Shown: piece after piece, positions 17,599-26,523 of the stretch
How positions within the stretch are numbered: position 1 is the first letter of the stretch
How the letters are laid out: each line of letters opens with the position of its first letter
Source of the DNA: Nitrospirota bacterium
Lineage (GTDB): Bacteria; Nitrospirota; Thermodesulfovibrionia; Thermodesulfovibrionales; JdFR-88
Direction: 5' to 3'
Assembly: GCA_021789555.1 (NCBI GenBank)
Contig: JAJYJK010000001.1
Span: 76,581 to 140,580, forward strand
DNA: 64,000 bases
The notes under the pieces: model-generated
What the model was told of the DNA's origin: nothing
The model's database searches: none
What the model saw: only the letters and a program-made list of their open reading frames with translations
Position numbers and translations under genes: made by a program

Positions 17599-18384
17599 CT
17601 ATTCATATGCCCTGGCCTGTTTGAAGAGGACTATCACCGAAATCCTTCTGTTTCTCGGGTCCAGGGGGTCGTCTTTCACGAGGGGGACCGTCTCGGCATA
17701 TCCGGCGACCCTCGATATGCGGGAAGGGTCCAGGCCATAGACGGTCAGGAGCCTCCTGGCGGCAAGCGCCCTCTCCGTGGAGAGGTCCCAGTTTGTATAT
17801 GCGCCGCGCACATAGGGGAGCGCGTCGGTATGGCCTTCTATGGCGACCTCGTTCGGGGCGTGCCTTATGGCCCCGCCGATGACGCTCAATATCCTTTTTG
17901 CGTCGGGGGTTGGGTTGGACGAACCGGTGTCGAACATCGGCCTGCCCTTTTTGTCCATGATCTGGATGCGCACGCCGCCATTGATGATGTCCACCCGGAT
18001 CTGGTCTTTTACATCGCCCAGCTTCTGCTGGATAAGGTGTTTAAGCATCTGCTCCATCAGCACCGGGCTGTTGGCCGAGCTGCTTGCGAACCGCTTTCTC
18101 ATCTCAAGGGAGAGTTTCGAGGCGTTGGCGCCGGACTCATTGAATACATTGCTGGATTTTTTCATGATGGACTGGCCGCTCTCGGTGAAGATACTGAAAT
18201 TCTTGAAGTAATCGGCGACCCTCGCCCTCTTCTCCGGCGCGATCATCGTAATCAGCCACAGCAGGAGGAAAAAGGCCATCATGGCCGTAACGAAATCGGC
18301 GTAGGCGACCTTCCAGGAGCCGCCGTGCGCCTCCTCACCGATCCTTTTAATCTTCTTTTTGATGATTATCTTCTTGTCTTTCAC
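17599..18384 (-). CDS. motB: Flagellar stator protein MotB (OmpA-like C-terminus)
   Basis: GGSWKVAYADFVTAMMAFFLLLWL contains the conserved plug/TM Asp. The C-terminus is OmpA-like, EGHTD...N..LS..RA. Confidence 0.9.
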   Translation of the reverse strand: MKDKKIIIKKKIKRIGEEAHGGSWKVAYADFVTAMMAFFLLLWLITMIAPEKRARVADYFKNFSIFTESGQSIMKKSSNVFNESGANASKLSLEMRKRFASSSANSPVLMEQMLKHLIQQKLGDVKDQIRVDIINGGVRIQIMDKKGRPMFDTGSSNPTPDAKRILSVIGGAIRHAPNEVAIEGHTDALPYVRGAYTNWDLSTERALAARRLLTVYGLDPSRISRVAGYAETVPLVKDDPLDPRNRRISVIVLFKQARAYE

Positions 18385-19232
18385 TTGCCCCTGACTTCCT
18401 CTTCAAGCTCGTTGAAGGATGGGCGGTCCTCGGCGGGGATAGCCCTGCGGCCGAACTCGACGGCTATCTGCGGCGCCGCGCCGCCTACAAAGGCCACTAT
18501 CGCCACCTTTATCAGCTGGAATTCCACCTCGTCCTTCTTGGCCCTGTTTTCAAGGTTCGTGGCGACGGGGCCGACGAAACCGTAGGAGAGCAGGACCCCC
18601 AGAAAAGTCCCCGTGAGCGCGGAGCCTATGCTGTGCCCGAGCACGGAGGGGGGCTGGTCTATCTTGCCCATCGTAAGCACCACCCCCAGCACCGCGGCCA
18701 CTATGCCGAGCCCCGGCAGCGCGTCGGCGAGCTTGGCCAGGCTCCGGGAAGGCCCCAGCGCCTCGTGCTGTCTCGTCTCTATCTCCAGGTCCATCAGGCT
18801 TTCAAGCTCGTGCGAGGGCACATTCGTCGTTATTATCACCTTCATGTTGTCGCAGATGAAATCGACGACATTGTGGTTGTCGGCATTTACCTGGTAAGAG
18901 CTGAACACGGGGCTGCCTTCCGGCCTCTCTATGTCGGCCTCCACCGCGACAAGCCCCTCCTTCCTGATCTTGGAAAACAGCCTGTAGAGCAGGACAAGCA
19001 GTTCCAGATACTCCGCCCTGCCCTGGCTCCTGCCCCCTATCGAGCCGCGTATGCTTTTGACCACGTAGACAAGCAGACTGTACGGGGATGATATCAGGAA
19101 GGAGCCCAGGGCCGCCCCGGCGATTATGATTATCTCGGAGGGCTGATAGAGGAGGCTTACGTTGCCCTTCTCCATGAGGAAGCCGCCGAGGACCGACACG
19201 ATCACGACCACAATGCCTATTATTATGAGCAT
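18381..19232 (-). CDS. motA: Flagellar stator protein MotA
   Basis: 4-TM MotA/TolQ/ExbB-type layout. It has a 4-nt overlap with motB. Confidence 0.9.
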   Translation of the reverse strand: MLIIIGIVVVIVSVLGGFLMEKGNVSLLYQPSEIIIIAGAALGSFLISSPYSLLVYVVKSIRGSIGGRSQGRAEYLELLVLLYRLFSKIRKEGLVAVEADIERPEGSPVFSSYQVNADNHNVVDFICDNMKVIITTNVPSHELESLMDLEIETRQHEALGPSRSLAKLADALPGLGIVAAVLGVVLTMGKIDQPPSVLGHSIGSALTGTFLGVLLSYGFVGPVATNLENRAKKDEVEFQLIKVAIVAFVGGAAPQIAVEFGRRAIPAEDRPSFNELEEEVRGK

Positions 19233-19251
19233 GCGGCCTCCCCTGGCATCG

Positions 19252-20757
19252 TCATGTCTTCTCCAGGCGCTCCTCTTTCAGGATGTCCCCCGTCTGCCTC
19301 TGCGGTATATCGATGATGAAGCGGGAGCCGCCCTCCTCGGTCCTGCCGACCTTTATGGAGCCGCCGTGCCCGATTATGATGCCGTGCGATATCGAGAGGC
19401 CGAGCCCCGTGCCCACGCCGACGGACTTGGTGGTGAAGAAGGGGTCGAAAATCTTGTCCGCGATCTGCTCCGGTACGCCCGCGCCGTTGTCGGATATCGT
19501 GACGGACGCCTTTTTTGCCGCGCCGTCAAACCGGGTGGCGAAGACGATCCTGCCTTTCGGGGGCCGGGCGTCGGCTATGGCCTGTTCCGCGTTTATGAGG
19601 ACGCTCAGAAAGACCTGCTGCATCTGCTGCGCGTCCACAAAGAGGGTCGGCACGGCCCCGTAGTCCCTTACCACCTCGATACCGCCCAGCCTGAGCCAGT
19701 AGTTCCGTAGCTCTATGGTGCGGTCTATGATGTCGTTTACGGACTCGAAACTCTTGGAGAGCGCCTGCTGCCTGGAAAAGGTGAGCAGGTTTTCCACTAT
19801 CTTCTTGCACCTCTCGGCGCTTATCATTATCTTGCCGATCACCTCGCCGCCCTGCTCCACGCCCTTTCTCATCTTCAGCAGCTCGGTATAGGCTATTATC
19901 CCGGTGAGGGGGTTGTTCAGCTCGTGCGCGACCCCCGAGACCAGAAGCCCTATCGAGGCCAGCTTGTCCGAATGGAAGAGCTGCTCCTTCAGGCGCCTCA
20001 TCTCGGTTATGTTCTTGAGGAAGTAGATGGTCATGTCCTGGTTTTCGAACCGCAGAGGGAAGATGCTCACCAGGTAATAATCGTTGTTTATCTTCTTTTC
20101 GACGGGCTGCGAGGCCTTTTGGTTTTGTCTCCTGATGGCCTCGAGCTCCATGGAAAGCCCCCTGCCCAGGAGGTCGCGGCTCTTCATCCCGGTGACGTCC
20201 TTTGGATGTTTCCCGTAGGCGCCGGCCAGGGCCGAATTGACCTTGATGATCCTCTGCTGCTCATCGGTTATGAATATGAAGTCGGTTATGGCGTCCAGAA
20301 AGGCAAGCCACCTTACATGGTTTTCGAAGAATATGTTTTCGAGGCGGTTTCTGCCGGCGCTGCCGGCCTGGCGCGCGGCGGCCTTCCTGAGCGCAAGCGG
20401 CAGCTTCAGGGCAAAATCCGGGGCCTCCGAGGACAGGAAGTCGTCGGCCCCCTCGTCCATGGCCTGCAGACATAACTCCTCGTCCTCGCGCTCCGCGACG
20501 ACAATCACCGGCGCCGCGGCGTTCATGAACTTGAACCCTTTCACGAATTCGCGCCAGTCGGCGCCCGGCAGCGGCGCCGTTATGAAAAGCGCCGTAAGGC
20601 CCTCGGCCTCAGCATGTGAAAACCCCTCGGCCCGCGGGATGAATCTCAGCTTGTAGAGGCCATTGCCGCGCCCCCTGAAGGCGTTTTTTATCCCTTCCGC
20701 GGGCAGCGGACCACCCAGAAAAACTACCCTGTTTCTTTTTCCTTCTTTTTGCCTCAT
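19252..20757 (-). CDS. Sensor histidine kinase: pseudo-receiver - PAS - HisKA - HATPase
   Basis: H-box VSGVAHELNNPLTGI, N/G boxes (INAEQAI, DNGAGV, GTGLGLSI), and a PAS-like middle. The N-terminal REC-like fold lacks the acceptor Asp (ALFITAPLPG). ATG 20757 (MRQKEGK) was chosen because the longer track ORF overlaps the upstream gene. Confidence 0.8.
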   Translation of the reverse strand: MRQKEGKRNRVVFLGGPLPAEGIKNAFRGRGNGLYKLRFIPRAEGFSHAEAEGLTALFITAPLPGADWREFVKGFKFMNAAAPVIVVAEREDEELCLQAMDEGADDFLSSEAPDFALKLPLALRKAAARQAGSAGRNRLENIFFENHVRWLAFLDAITDFIFITDEQQRIIKVNSALAGAYGKHPKDVTGMKSRDLLGRGLSMELEAIRRQNQKASQPVEKKINNDYYLVSIFPLRFENQDMTIYFLKNITEMRRLKEQLFHSDKLASIGLLVSGVAHELNNPLTGIIAYTELLKMRKGVEQGGEVIGKIMISAERCKKIVENLLTFSRQQALSKSFESVNDIIDRTIELRNYWLRLGGIEVVRDYGAVPTLFVDAQQMQQVFLSVLINAEQAIADARPPKGRIVFATRFDGAAKKASVTISDNGAGVPEQIADKIFDPFFTTKSVGVGTGLGLSISHGIIIGHGGSIKVGRTEEGGSRFIIDIPQRQTGDILKEERLEKT

Positions 20758-20867
20758 CCGCCAGCGGCCTGCGCCCCCCGAAAAGTCCGCGGGGGCGGGC
20801 AAGTTATTATGACCGTTTGCGCCCATATTATCCAGTGCGCCCGAATGGCTGTCCCGGCCATGGGCCA

Positions 20868-22343
20868 TTATACGCCCTGGGACGGCGCCCCTCTGCCGGC
20901 GGGGGTCTGCAGAAAGGCATTCACTATCAGCCCGTCGAACTGCGTCCCGGAACACCTGACCAGCTCCTTCACAGCCGCCTGATGGGATTTCGCCGACCTG
21001 TAGGGCCTCACGCTCGTCATCGCGTCGAAGGTGTCGGCGATCGACAGTATCCGCACTATGAGGGGTATCTCGTCTCCGCCTATGCCGTCCGGGTAACCGC
21101 CCCCGTCGAACCTCTCATGATGGTGCCGGATGAGGGATTTCTCCTTGGGGAAGAATTTCATCGGGGATATGATGTTGTCCCCGATGACGGGGTGGAGCCT
21201 TATCTCTTCCACTTCCTCGCTCGTAAGCACCCCCTGTTTAAGCAGCACCATGTCCCTGACGCCGATCTTGCCTATGTCGTGCAGGTACCCGCCAAAGGCG
21301 ATCGCGTTTTTTTCATCCTCGGAGAGACCCATTATCGCGGCAATCTGGAGGGCATAGCCGGTCACCCTCTCGGAGTGTTGTTTCGTGTATGAGTCCCTCG
21401 CCTCGATGCTGTTTACGAGCGATTTCAGCGCGCTCACCAGGGAGGTGTAAAAGACATCATAGAGGGCGTTGTTCTCTATCCTCAGCGCCACTTTCCTGGC
21501 AAAGGTGAGGCCGAGACCTATTTCGTCCTCGCTGAAACTGGTCCCGTCGGCCTTGTCCCCGATATTGAGCACGCCGAAGACCTCGCCGTTTATGGCAAAG
21601 GGGATTGAAAGCATCTGCGCCCTGAGGAGGTTGCCGTCGTGGGGGTCCATCTCCCCGGCCGCGGCCAGGTAGTGTTTGCCGTTTTTCACGACCTTCTCAA
21701 GGAGGCTTCCGGCAACCGGTATTTCCTTTTCCTTCATGCCCTTGGATTTCTTTATCTTCAGGTAACCGTTTTCGACGATGCCGAAGCTGACCAGCCTGGC
21801 GAAAAGCAGTCTGGAGGCCATCCCGACGATCTTTTCATAAAGCTCCGCATTGCTTGAGAGGCCGTCTACTTCGGCGCTTATCGTCTTCAGGAGGTTTATC
21901 TTCTGTATCTTCGAAAAGAGGGCGGAATTGAGCCTCTTGACGGATTCGGAGGAGAACCCGCCGTCCTGCCTGGTCAGGCTCCTCGCTCCGGCAAGCCTGT
22001 TTATTATGGATTGGATGGAATCTATGTTGAAGGGCTTCGTTATGAAATCGTCGGCCCCCTCCTTCATGGCGCTCACGGCGGCCTCCACCGTCGGGTAGCC
22101 CGTGATCACCACCACCGAAACACCCGGATTGCCCTTCTTCACCTCCTTAAGGAAGTCCATCCCGCCCAGGCCGGGCATCTTCAAGTCGGTGAAAATTATG
22201 TCATATTCGTTTTCACTTGCCTTGCGGAGGCCGTCAAGGCCGTCTTTCGCCGCCTCCGGCCTGTGGCCTATGCCCGCTATGATCTCCTGAAGGACCTCCC
22301 GCACGACCGGGTCGTCATCTACTATCAGTATCCTGGACGCCAT
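20868..22343 (-). CDS. Response regulator REC - GAF - HD-GYP (c-di-GMP phosphodiesterase type)
   Basis: REC motifs ILIVDDD and IIFTDLKMPG. HD-GYP motifs YLHDIGKIGV, RHHHERFDGGGYPDG and ADTFDAMTSVRPYR. Confidence 0.85.
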   Translation of the reverse strand: MASRILIVDDDPVVREVLQEIIAGIGHRPEAAKDGLDGLRKASENEYDIIFTDLKMPGLGGMDFLKEVKKGNPGVSVVVITGYPTVEAAVSAMKEGADDFITKPFNIDSIQSIINRLAGARSLTRQDGGFSSESVKRLNSALFSKIQKINLLKTISAEVDGLSSNAELYEKIVGMASRLLFARLVSFGIVENGYLKIKKSKGMKEKEIPVAGSLLEKVVKNGKHYLAAAGEMDPHDGNLLRAQMLSIPFAINGEVFGVLNIGDKADGTSFSEDEIGLGLTFARKVALRIENNALYDVFYTSLVSALKSLVNSIEARDSYTKQHSERVTGYALQIAAIMGLSEDEKNAIAFGGYLHDIGKIGVRDMVLLKQGVLTSEEVEEIRLHPVIGDNIISPMKFFPKEKSLIRHHHERFDGGGYPDGIGGDEIPLIVRILSIADTFDAMTSVRPYRSAKSHQAAVKELVRCSGTQFDGLIVNAFLQTPAGRGAPSQGV

Positions 22344-22914
22344 TGCCTCTTAACAACCTTTCCTTTAGGATTTCAGCTTCAGCCAGGCTCAGTATGTTGT
22401 CCGATTTCAGCTTCTCCAGCCTTTCTATCCACTCTGTGACGAGGCATGGGTTGTCTCCGCTTGAGACGGCCTTGAGGATTTTCAAATCCCTGTAGGTCTC
22501 CCTGAGATGTTCTTTAAGTTCACGGTTTTCCGCGAGCAGCCTGGCCCTTTTAAAGGCCCTGTCGGCCACTATGATAATCTCCTGTATCTTGAAGGGCTTC
22601 GTGAGATAATCGTATGCCCCCTCGGCGATCGCCTCCAGCGTGGCCTCCAGCGTGCCGTAGGCCGTAATTATGACCACGCTGGTCTCCGGGTTTGCCCGCA
22701 CGCTGGTCCTCAGCACCTCGAAGCCATCGGCCCCCGGCATCTTGAAATCGGTGATGACCATGCCGATCTCCTCGGTCATGAGCGCGCTAATGGCCTGGAG
22801 CCCGTCCACGGCGGTAAGGACCGCATACCCTTCCTTCGAAAGGATGGAGCCGACGACCTCGCGGGCGATATCGTCGTCATCGACCACAAGGATCTTAAAA
22901 TCCCTTTTATTCAT
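22315..22914 (-). CDS. Response regulator receiver with a C-terminal coiled-coil tail
   Basis: ILVVDDDD, MVITDFKMPG, VVIITA and LTKPF, with ~70 aa of helical tail. It overlaps the next gene by 29 nt. Confidence 0.85.
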   Translation of the reverse strand: MNKRDFKILVVDDDDIAREVVGSILSKEGYAVLTAVDGLQAISALMTEEIGMVITDFKMPGADGFEVLRTSVRANPETSVVIITAYGTLEATLEAIAEGAYDYLTKPFKIQEIIIVADRAFKRARLLAENRELKEHLRETYRDLKILKAVSSGDNPCLVTEWIERLEKLKSDNILSLAEAEILKERLLRGNGVQDTDSR

Positions 22915-22943
22915 CGCGCAGAGCCTTCCCGGGAAGGCACCCG

Positions 22944-23141
22944 CTACCTGGCCTGCCTGATCCGCTCAAGGACCGCGCCCTTTGCCTCGTCGAGGACCTG
23001 TTTCTTCTTGGCCTCCGAGGAGATCATCACGACGTCCTTGGGCTCCGCCTGGTCCTTTTCAAGGAGGACCGAGGTCGGCAGTTTCAGCGCCCTGGTGTAC
23101 AGGTGCATCATCTCTTTCATCTGGAAGGGGAAAATCGTCAT
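22944..23141 (-). CDS. Small hypothetical protein (65 aa) translationally coupled to fliS
   Basis: Its ATG overlaps the fliS stop (ATGA, 23138-23141). It contains DVVMISSEAKKKQ, reminiscent of the (I/L)S.EAK segment of FlgM-family proteins. Confidence 0.45.
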   Translation of the reverse strand: MTIFPFQMKEMMHLYTRALKLPTSVLLEKDQAEPKDVVMISSEAKKKQVLDEAKGAVLERIRQAR

Positions 23142-23509
23142 CTGATGCCCTTCCAGCCGTCCCTCAGCACCCGCAGAAGTCCCTGCACCCGGTTTATTTT
23201 TTCGGGGTCGTTTCTTATGTTGGCGGAAGTCAGTTCCTTCATCATGTATATGTAGAGGTTCTGGAGGTTGCAGGCCACCTCGCCCCCGTCTTTCATGTTA
23301 AGCGAATTCAAGAGCTCCGTTATGATGTCCAGCGACTTGGACATGTAATGGAGTTTTTTGGCGACGTCCTGCCGGCCCATGTAAAACACCGCCTTGTGCA
23401 GGAACTCTATCGCCCCGTCGTAGAGCAGTATCACCAGGTCGAGCTTCGACTCCGAGGTATTGACCATGGTCTTTAAATATGCGTTGCTGGCGTACTCAAG
23501 GTTTGTCAT
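23138..23509 (-). CDS. fliS: Flagellin export chaperone FliS
   Basis: LVILLYDGAIEFL...NLYIYMMKELTSANI is a FliS four-helix signature. It lies downstream of fliD. Confidence 0.9.
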   Translation of the reverse strand: MTNLEYASNAYLKTMVNTSESKLDLVILLYDGAIEFLHKAVFYMGRQDVAKKLHYMSKSLDIITELLNSLNMKDGGEVACNLQNLYIYMMKELTSANIRNDPEKINRVQGLLRVLRDGWKGIR

Positions 23510-23572
23510 GCCGTCGTGCCTCCGCTGGTGCCGGTTGATGTTGACGAAGATATCTGGTCAAGGGCATTGTTT

Positions 23573-25030
23573 TCACTTGAGAGTGGTGGATGTTGAGCCT
23601 GACGAAGAGCTCGATGTTGATGGGTTAAGCATGTTCGTCATGGAGCTGCTTTCACTTGAGAGCGTGCTGAGGTACTGCTCCATGGCCGCAAACTGCGCGG
23701 TGAGCGTCTGCTGTATGATAGCCAGCTTCGCCGCCCACTGGTTCTCCTGCTGCTGGTAGAGGGATATCTCGCCGTTTAACCCCTGCTCCGCACCCGGGAT
23801 GATCGTGTTCATGTAGCTGTTCATGGTGGTCTGAAGCGATGAGGCCATCTGGTTTACCGCGCCCAGGACCTGGCTCGGGTTGGCCGCAAGCGCGGCGTTC
23901 CACGCGGTCGAGTTGAGCGTGAGATTGCCGTTGGAGCCGTGCGTTATGCCGAGGGCCGCAAGGGAGGTCCCGTTATAGGTGGTTGTGGTCATGTTATAGA
24001 GCGTCTCCCGGAGGCCCTTTGTAAGGCTGTCCCCGTAGAGGGGGCCGGGGATCGACTGGGTGCCAAGCGCGCCGTTGATTGCGCCCATGACGGTGTTATA
24101 TGTGGATATGAAGCTGTTTATCTGCGAGGTAAAACCGCTATTGTCGTTGGCCACGGACAGGGTGGACGAGCCCGCCTGGAGGAGATTGACCGTGACCCCG
24201 GTTATCAGGTCCGTTATCGTGTTTGTGGAGCGGGTGACGCTGAGGCCGTTTAAGGTCAGGTTCGCGTCAAGCCCGGCCATGGATTGCTGCATGTTCGTGT
24301 AAGTCCCGTAGCCTGCCACGCTGCCGTTTGAATTATACGTGGGGTCGAAGGCGAGCCGGTTAATGCCGGCGCTGCCGGTGGCGTCGCCATAGCCGCTGCC
24401 GGTATTGACCAGTATCTTCACCCTGTTTGAGGCGCCCGTCTGGGCGGAGGTCAGCACCAGTTGGTAACCCGACCCGTTGTTTATGACCGAGGCGGTCACC
24501 CCGGCGCCCGCGGCGTTGATGGCGGCCCTCACGCCGTCGAGGCTGTTTGAGTACGTGTTTGAGCCCACGACGAAGTTTGTCCCGTTAAAGGTGATGGCGA
24601 CGGGCGAGCCGCTTCCCACCTGTATCTCGAAACCCGCATCCCCGGAGTTCGCCACCGGGGTGGCGGTCTCCGACGCGAAATTGGCCGAGTATATGCTCTG
24701 GGCCTGGGCAATCTGGCTTACAGTCATGCTGTATGTGGCCGCGGCGGCGTTCGTGCCGGCGGTGGCCGTGAGCACCGTGCTGTTCGAAGACGTTGCCGCC
24801 ATCCCGTATATGGTGGGAAGCGCCATGTTCTGCGCCAGGGTGTTCAGGGACGAAAGGGAGTTTATGAGGCCGCCGTAGGCGCTTATCTCCGCCTGATCGG
24901 CAGCCACCTTGTTTTGCAGGTCGACCAGGGGCTGACTGTCGGCCTGCACGATGGTGCTGATTATCTGCTGGGTGTTCAGCCCCGAGTAGGCGCCGGTAGA
25001 GCTTGTTACCAGTCCCGTCCACTCCGCCAT
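23573..25030 (-). CDS. fliD: Flagellar filament cap protein FliD
   Basis: N-terminal SGLNTQQIISTIVQADSQPL...QAEISAYG and a C-terminal coiled coil are FliD hallmarks. Confidence 0.9.
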   Translation of the reverse strand: MAEWTGLVTSSTGAYSGLNTQQIISTIVQADSQPLVDLQNKVAADQAEISAYGGLINSLSSLNTLAQNMALPTIYGMAATSSNSTVLTATAGTNAAAATYSMTVSQIAQAQSIYSANFASETATPVANSGDAGFEIQVGSGSPVAITFNGTNFVVGSNTYSNSLDGVRAAINAAGAGVTASVINNGSGYQLVLTSAQTGASNRVKILVNTGSGYGDATGSAGINRLAFDPTYNSNGSVAGYGTYTNMQQSMAGLDANLTLNGLSVTRSTNTITDLITGVTVNLLQAGSSTLSVANDNSGFTSQINSFISTYNTVMGAINGALGTQSIPGPLYGDSLTKGLRETLYNMTTTTYNGTSLAALGITHGSNGNLTLNSTAWNAALAANPSQVLGAVNQMASSLQTTMNSYMNTIIPGAEQGLNGEISLYQQQENQWAAKLAIIQQTLTAQFAAMEQYLSTLSSESSSMTNMLNPSTSSSSSGSTSTTLK

Positions 25031-25031
25031 T

Positions 25032-25379
25032 TTAGGCCTCCTTGCTGAAAAGGTTTTTCATAAGCTCCTGAAGCTCTTTTTTTACCGATCGCGCTTCCTC
25101 AGGCGGTATCTGCATGACCACCCTGCCCTTGCCGTCCAATATCCGGATGACGACTTTCTTGTCGCCGTCCACCGCAAAGACCGCCCGGTCTTTTGAAACC
25201 GCATCATCTTCAGCCGGGGCCGGTTTTTGGGGCTGGTTTCCCTCCCGCGCCGCTTGCGCCTGCAATGCCGCCTTTGATCCCGAGGGGACAGGCTGGGCGG
25301 CCGGCCTTTGGCCTTCCGCCGCTGCGGACCAGGCTGCGCCCAGATCCCCAGCCCCTGCTGCTACCCCGTTAATGTTCAT
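25032..25379 (-). CDS. flaG: FlaG-family flagellar protein
   Basis: The C-terminal VVIRILDGKGRVVMQIPPEE is the FlaG motif. It lies between fliC and fliD. Confidence 0.8.
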   Translation of the reverse strand: MNINGVAAGAGDLGAAWSAAAEGQRPAAQPVPSGSKAALQAQAAREGNQPQKPAPAEDDAVSKDRAVFAVDGDKKVVIRILDGKGRVVMQIPPEEARSVKKELQELMKNLFSKEA

Positions 25380-25391
25380 CCGCCCACTCCT

Positions 25392-25440
25392 TCAAAAAGG
25401 GCGGAAGGGGATGTGGATAAATCCCCTTCCCGCCTTTTTT
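25392..25440 (-). terminator. Rho-independent terminator after fliC (bidirectional form)
   Basis: Minus strand reads GGCGGGAAGGGGAU-UUAUCCAC-AUCCCCUUCCGCC followed by CUUUUUG. The plus-strand version also ends in T6. Confidence 0.7.
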
Positions 25441-25447
25441 CCCGCGT

Positions 25448-26266
25448 TTACTGCAGGAGTTTGAGTACCATCTGCGGCTGCGAGTTGGCCTGCGCCAGGA
25501 CCGAGATGCCGGCCTGCTGCAGGACCATGTCCTTCGTCATCTGCGCGGTCTCCGACGCGAAGTCCGCGTCCACTATCTGCGACCGCGCCGCCGTGGTGTT
25601 CTCTGCGACGTTCTGCAGGTTGGCCACCTGGGTGTCGAGCCTGTTGCTGTCCGCGCCGAGTGTCCCCTGGTCCCCACTGAGCGTGCTCAGTGCGGTGGAG
25701 ACCGTGCTGATGGCGGCCTGCGCGGCGGCCTGCGTCGTGAGGGCTGCAGTGCTCAGGCCCAGGGCGCCGGACGTCACGGCCACGGTGGATATGGCCAGCT
25801 GGTCGTTGGCGGTGTTCTGATAGCCGATCTGGAACGTGATGGAAGAGGAGCTGTTAAGTACGGATGTGCCGTTAAACTTGGTCTGGTTGGCTATGGTGTC
25901 GATTTCGTTCTTGAGCGCCTGGAACTCGGAGTCGATCGATGTGAGGTTGTTGTTGTAAGAGCCGTCAGACGCCTCGACCGCAAGCTCGTTCATCCTCTGG
26001 AGGGCGTCCTGTATCTGGTTCATGGCGCCCATCATGGTCTGGACCATGGAGTTTGCGTTATTTGCGTTGTTTACCGCCTGCCCGAGACCGTTTATCTGCG
26101 CGGTCATGTTGCTGGCGATTGCGTAGCCGGCGGCGTCGTCCTTCGCCGAGTTGATCTTCAGGCCCGATGAGAGCCTCTCCATGGCCGTCTTCAGGTCGTT
26201 TCCGGTCGACCAGAGGTTCCTCTGTGCATCGATAGACGCGATGTTTGTGTTGATAACCAAAGACAT
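25448..26266 (-). CDS. fliC: Flagellin (short, D0/D1-only type, Ser/Thr-rich centre)
   Basis: N-terminal MSLVINTNIASIDAQRNL...LSSGLKINSAKDDAAG and C-terminal ...QAGISVLAQANSQPQMVLKLLQ. It is 272 aa long. Confidence 0.95.
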   Translation of the reverse strand: MSLVINTNIASIDAQRNLWSTGNDLKTAMERLSSGLKINSAKDDAAGYAIASNMTAQINGLGQAVNNANNANSMVQTMMGAMNQIQDALQRMNELAVEASDGSYNNNLTSIDSEFQALKNEIDTIANQTKFNGTSVLNSSSSITFQIGYQNTANDQLAISTVAVTSGALGLSTAALTTQAAAQAAISTVSTALSTLSGDQGTLGADSNRLDTQVANLQNVAENTTAARSQIVDADFASETAQMTKDMVLQQAGISVLAQANSQPQMVLKLLQ

Positions 26267-26310
26267 GTTTTTTTCCTCCGTGAATTTTTGTCTACCGGCA
26301 TCCTTGCCGG
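26267..26310 (-). promoter_or_regulatory. fliC 5' leader with two CsrA-type GGA sites
   Basis: Minus strand has the hairpin CCGGCA-AGGA-UGCCGG (26310-26295), with GGA in the loop. CACGGAGGAAAAAAACAUG carries a second GGA overlapping the SD. Confidence 0.6.
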
Positions 26311-26419
26311 TTTTAAAAGGTCTCTTTTCCGCCCTCCTCCTGATCCCCTGACCGGGCGGGCAGGCGCTTGAACCTTTGCAGTCACCCCTTTCTCGCGCCT
26401 TTTGAAACCCTTTAGTTAT

Positions 26420-26447
26420 TTATCGGAAGGGATAGGGGAAAACTTTA
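26420..26447 (-). promoter_or_regulatory. Sigma-28 (FliA) promoter of fliC
   Basis: Minus strand reads TAAAGTTT-N12-TCCGATAA. Confidence 0.8.
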
Positions 26448-26523
26448 GCGGAATGCCGAAAAACTCCTCCGGTTGCCGTTGCCGACGAGGTAATGCAACC
26501 TAATAATTCGATAAATCAATAAG

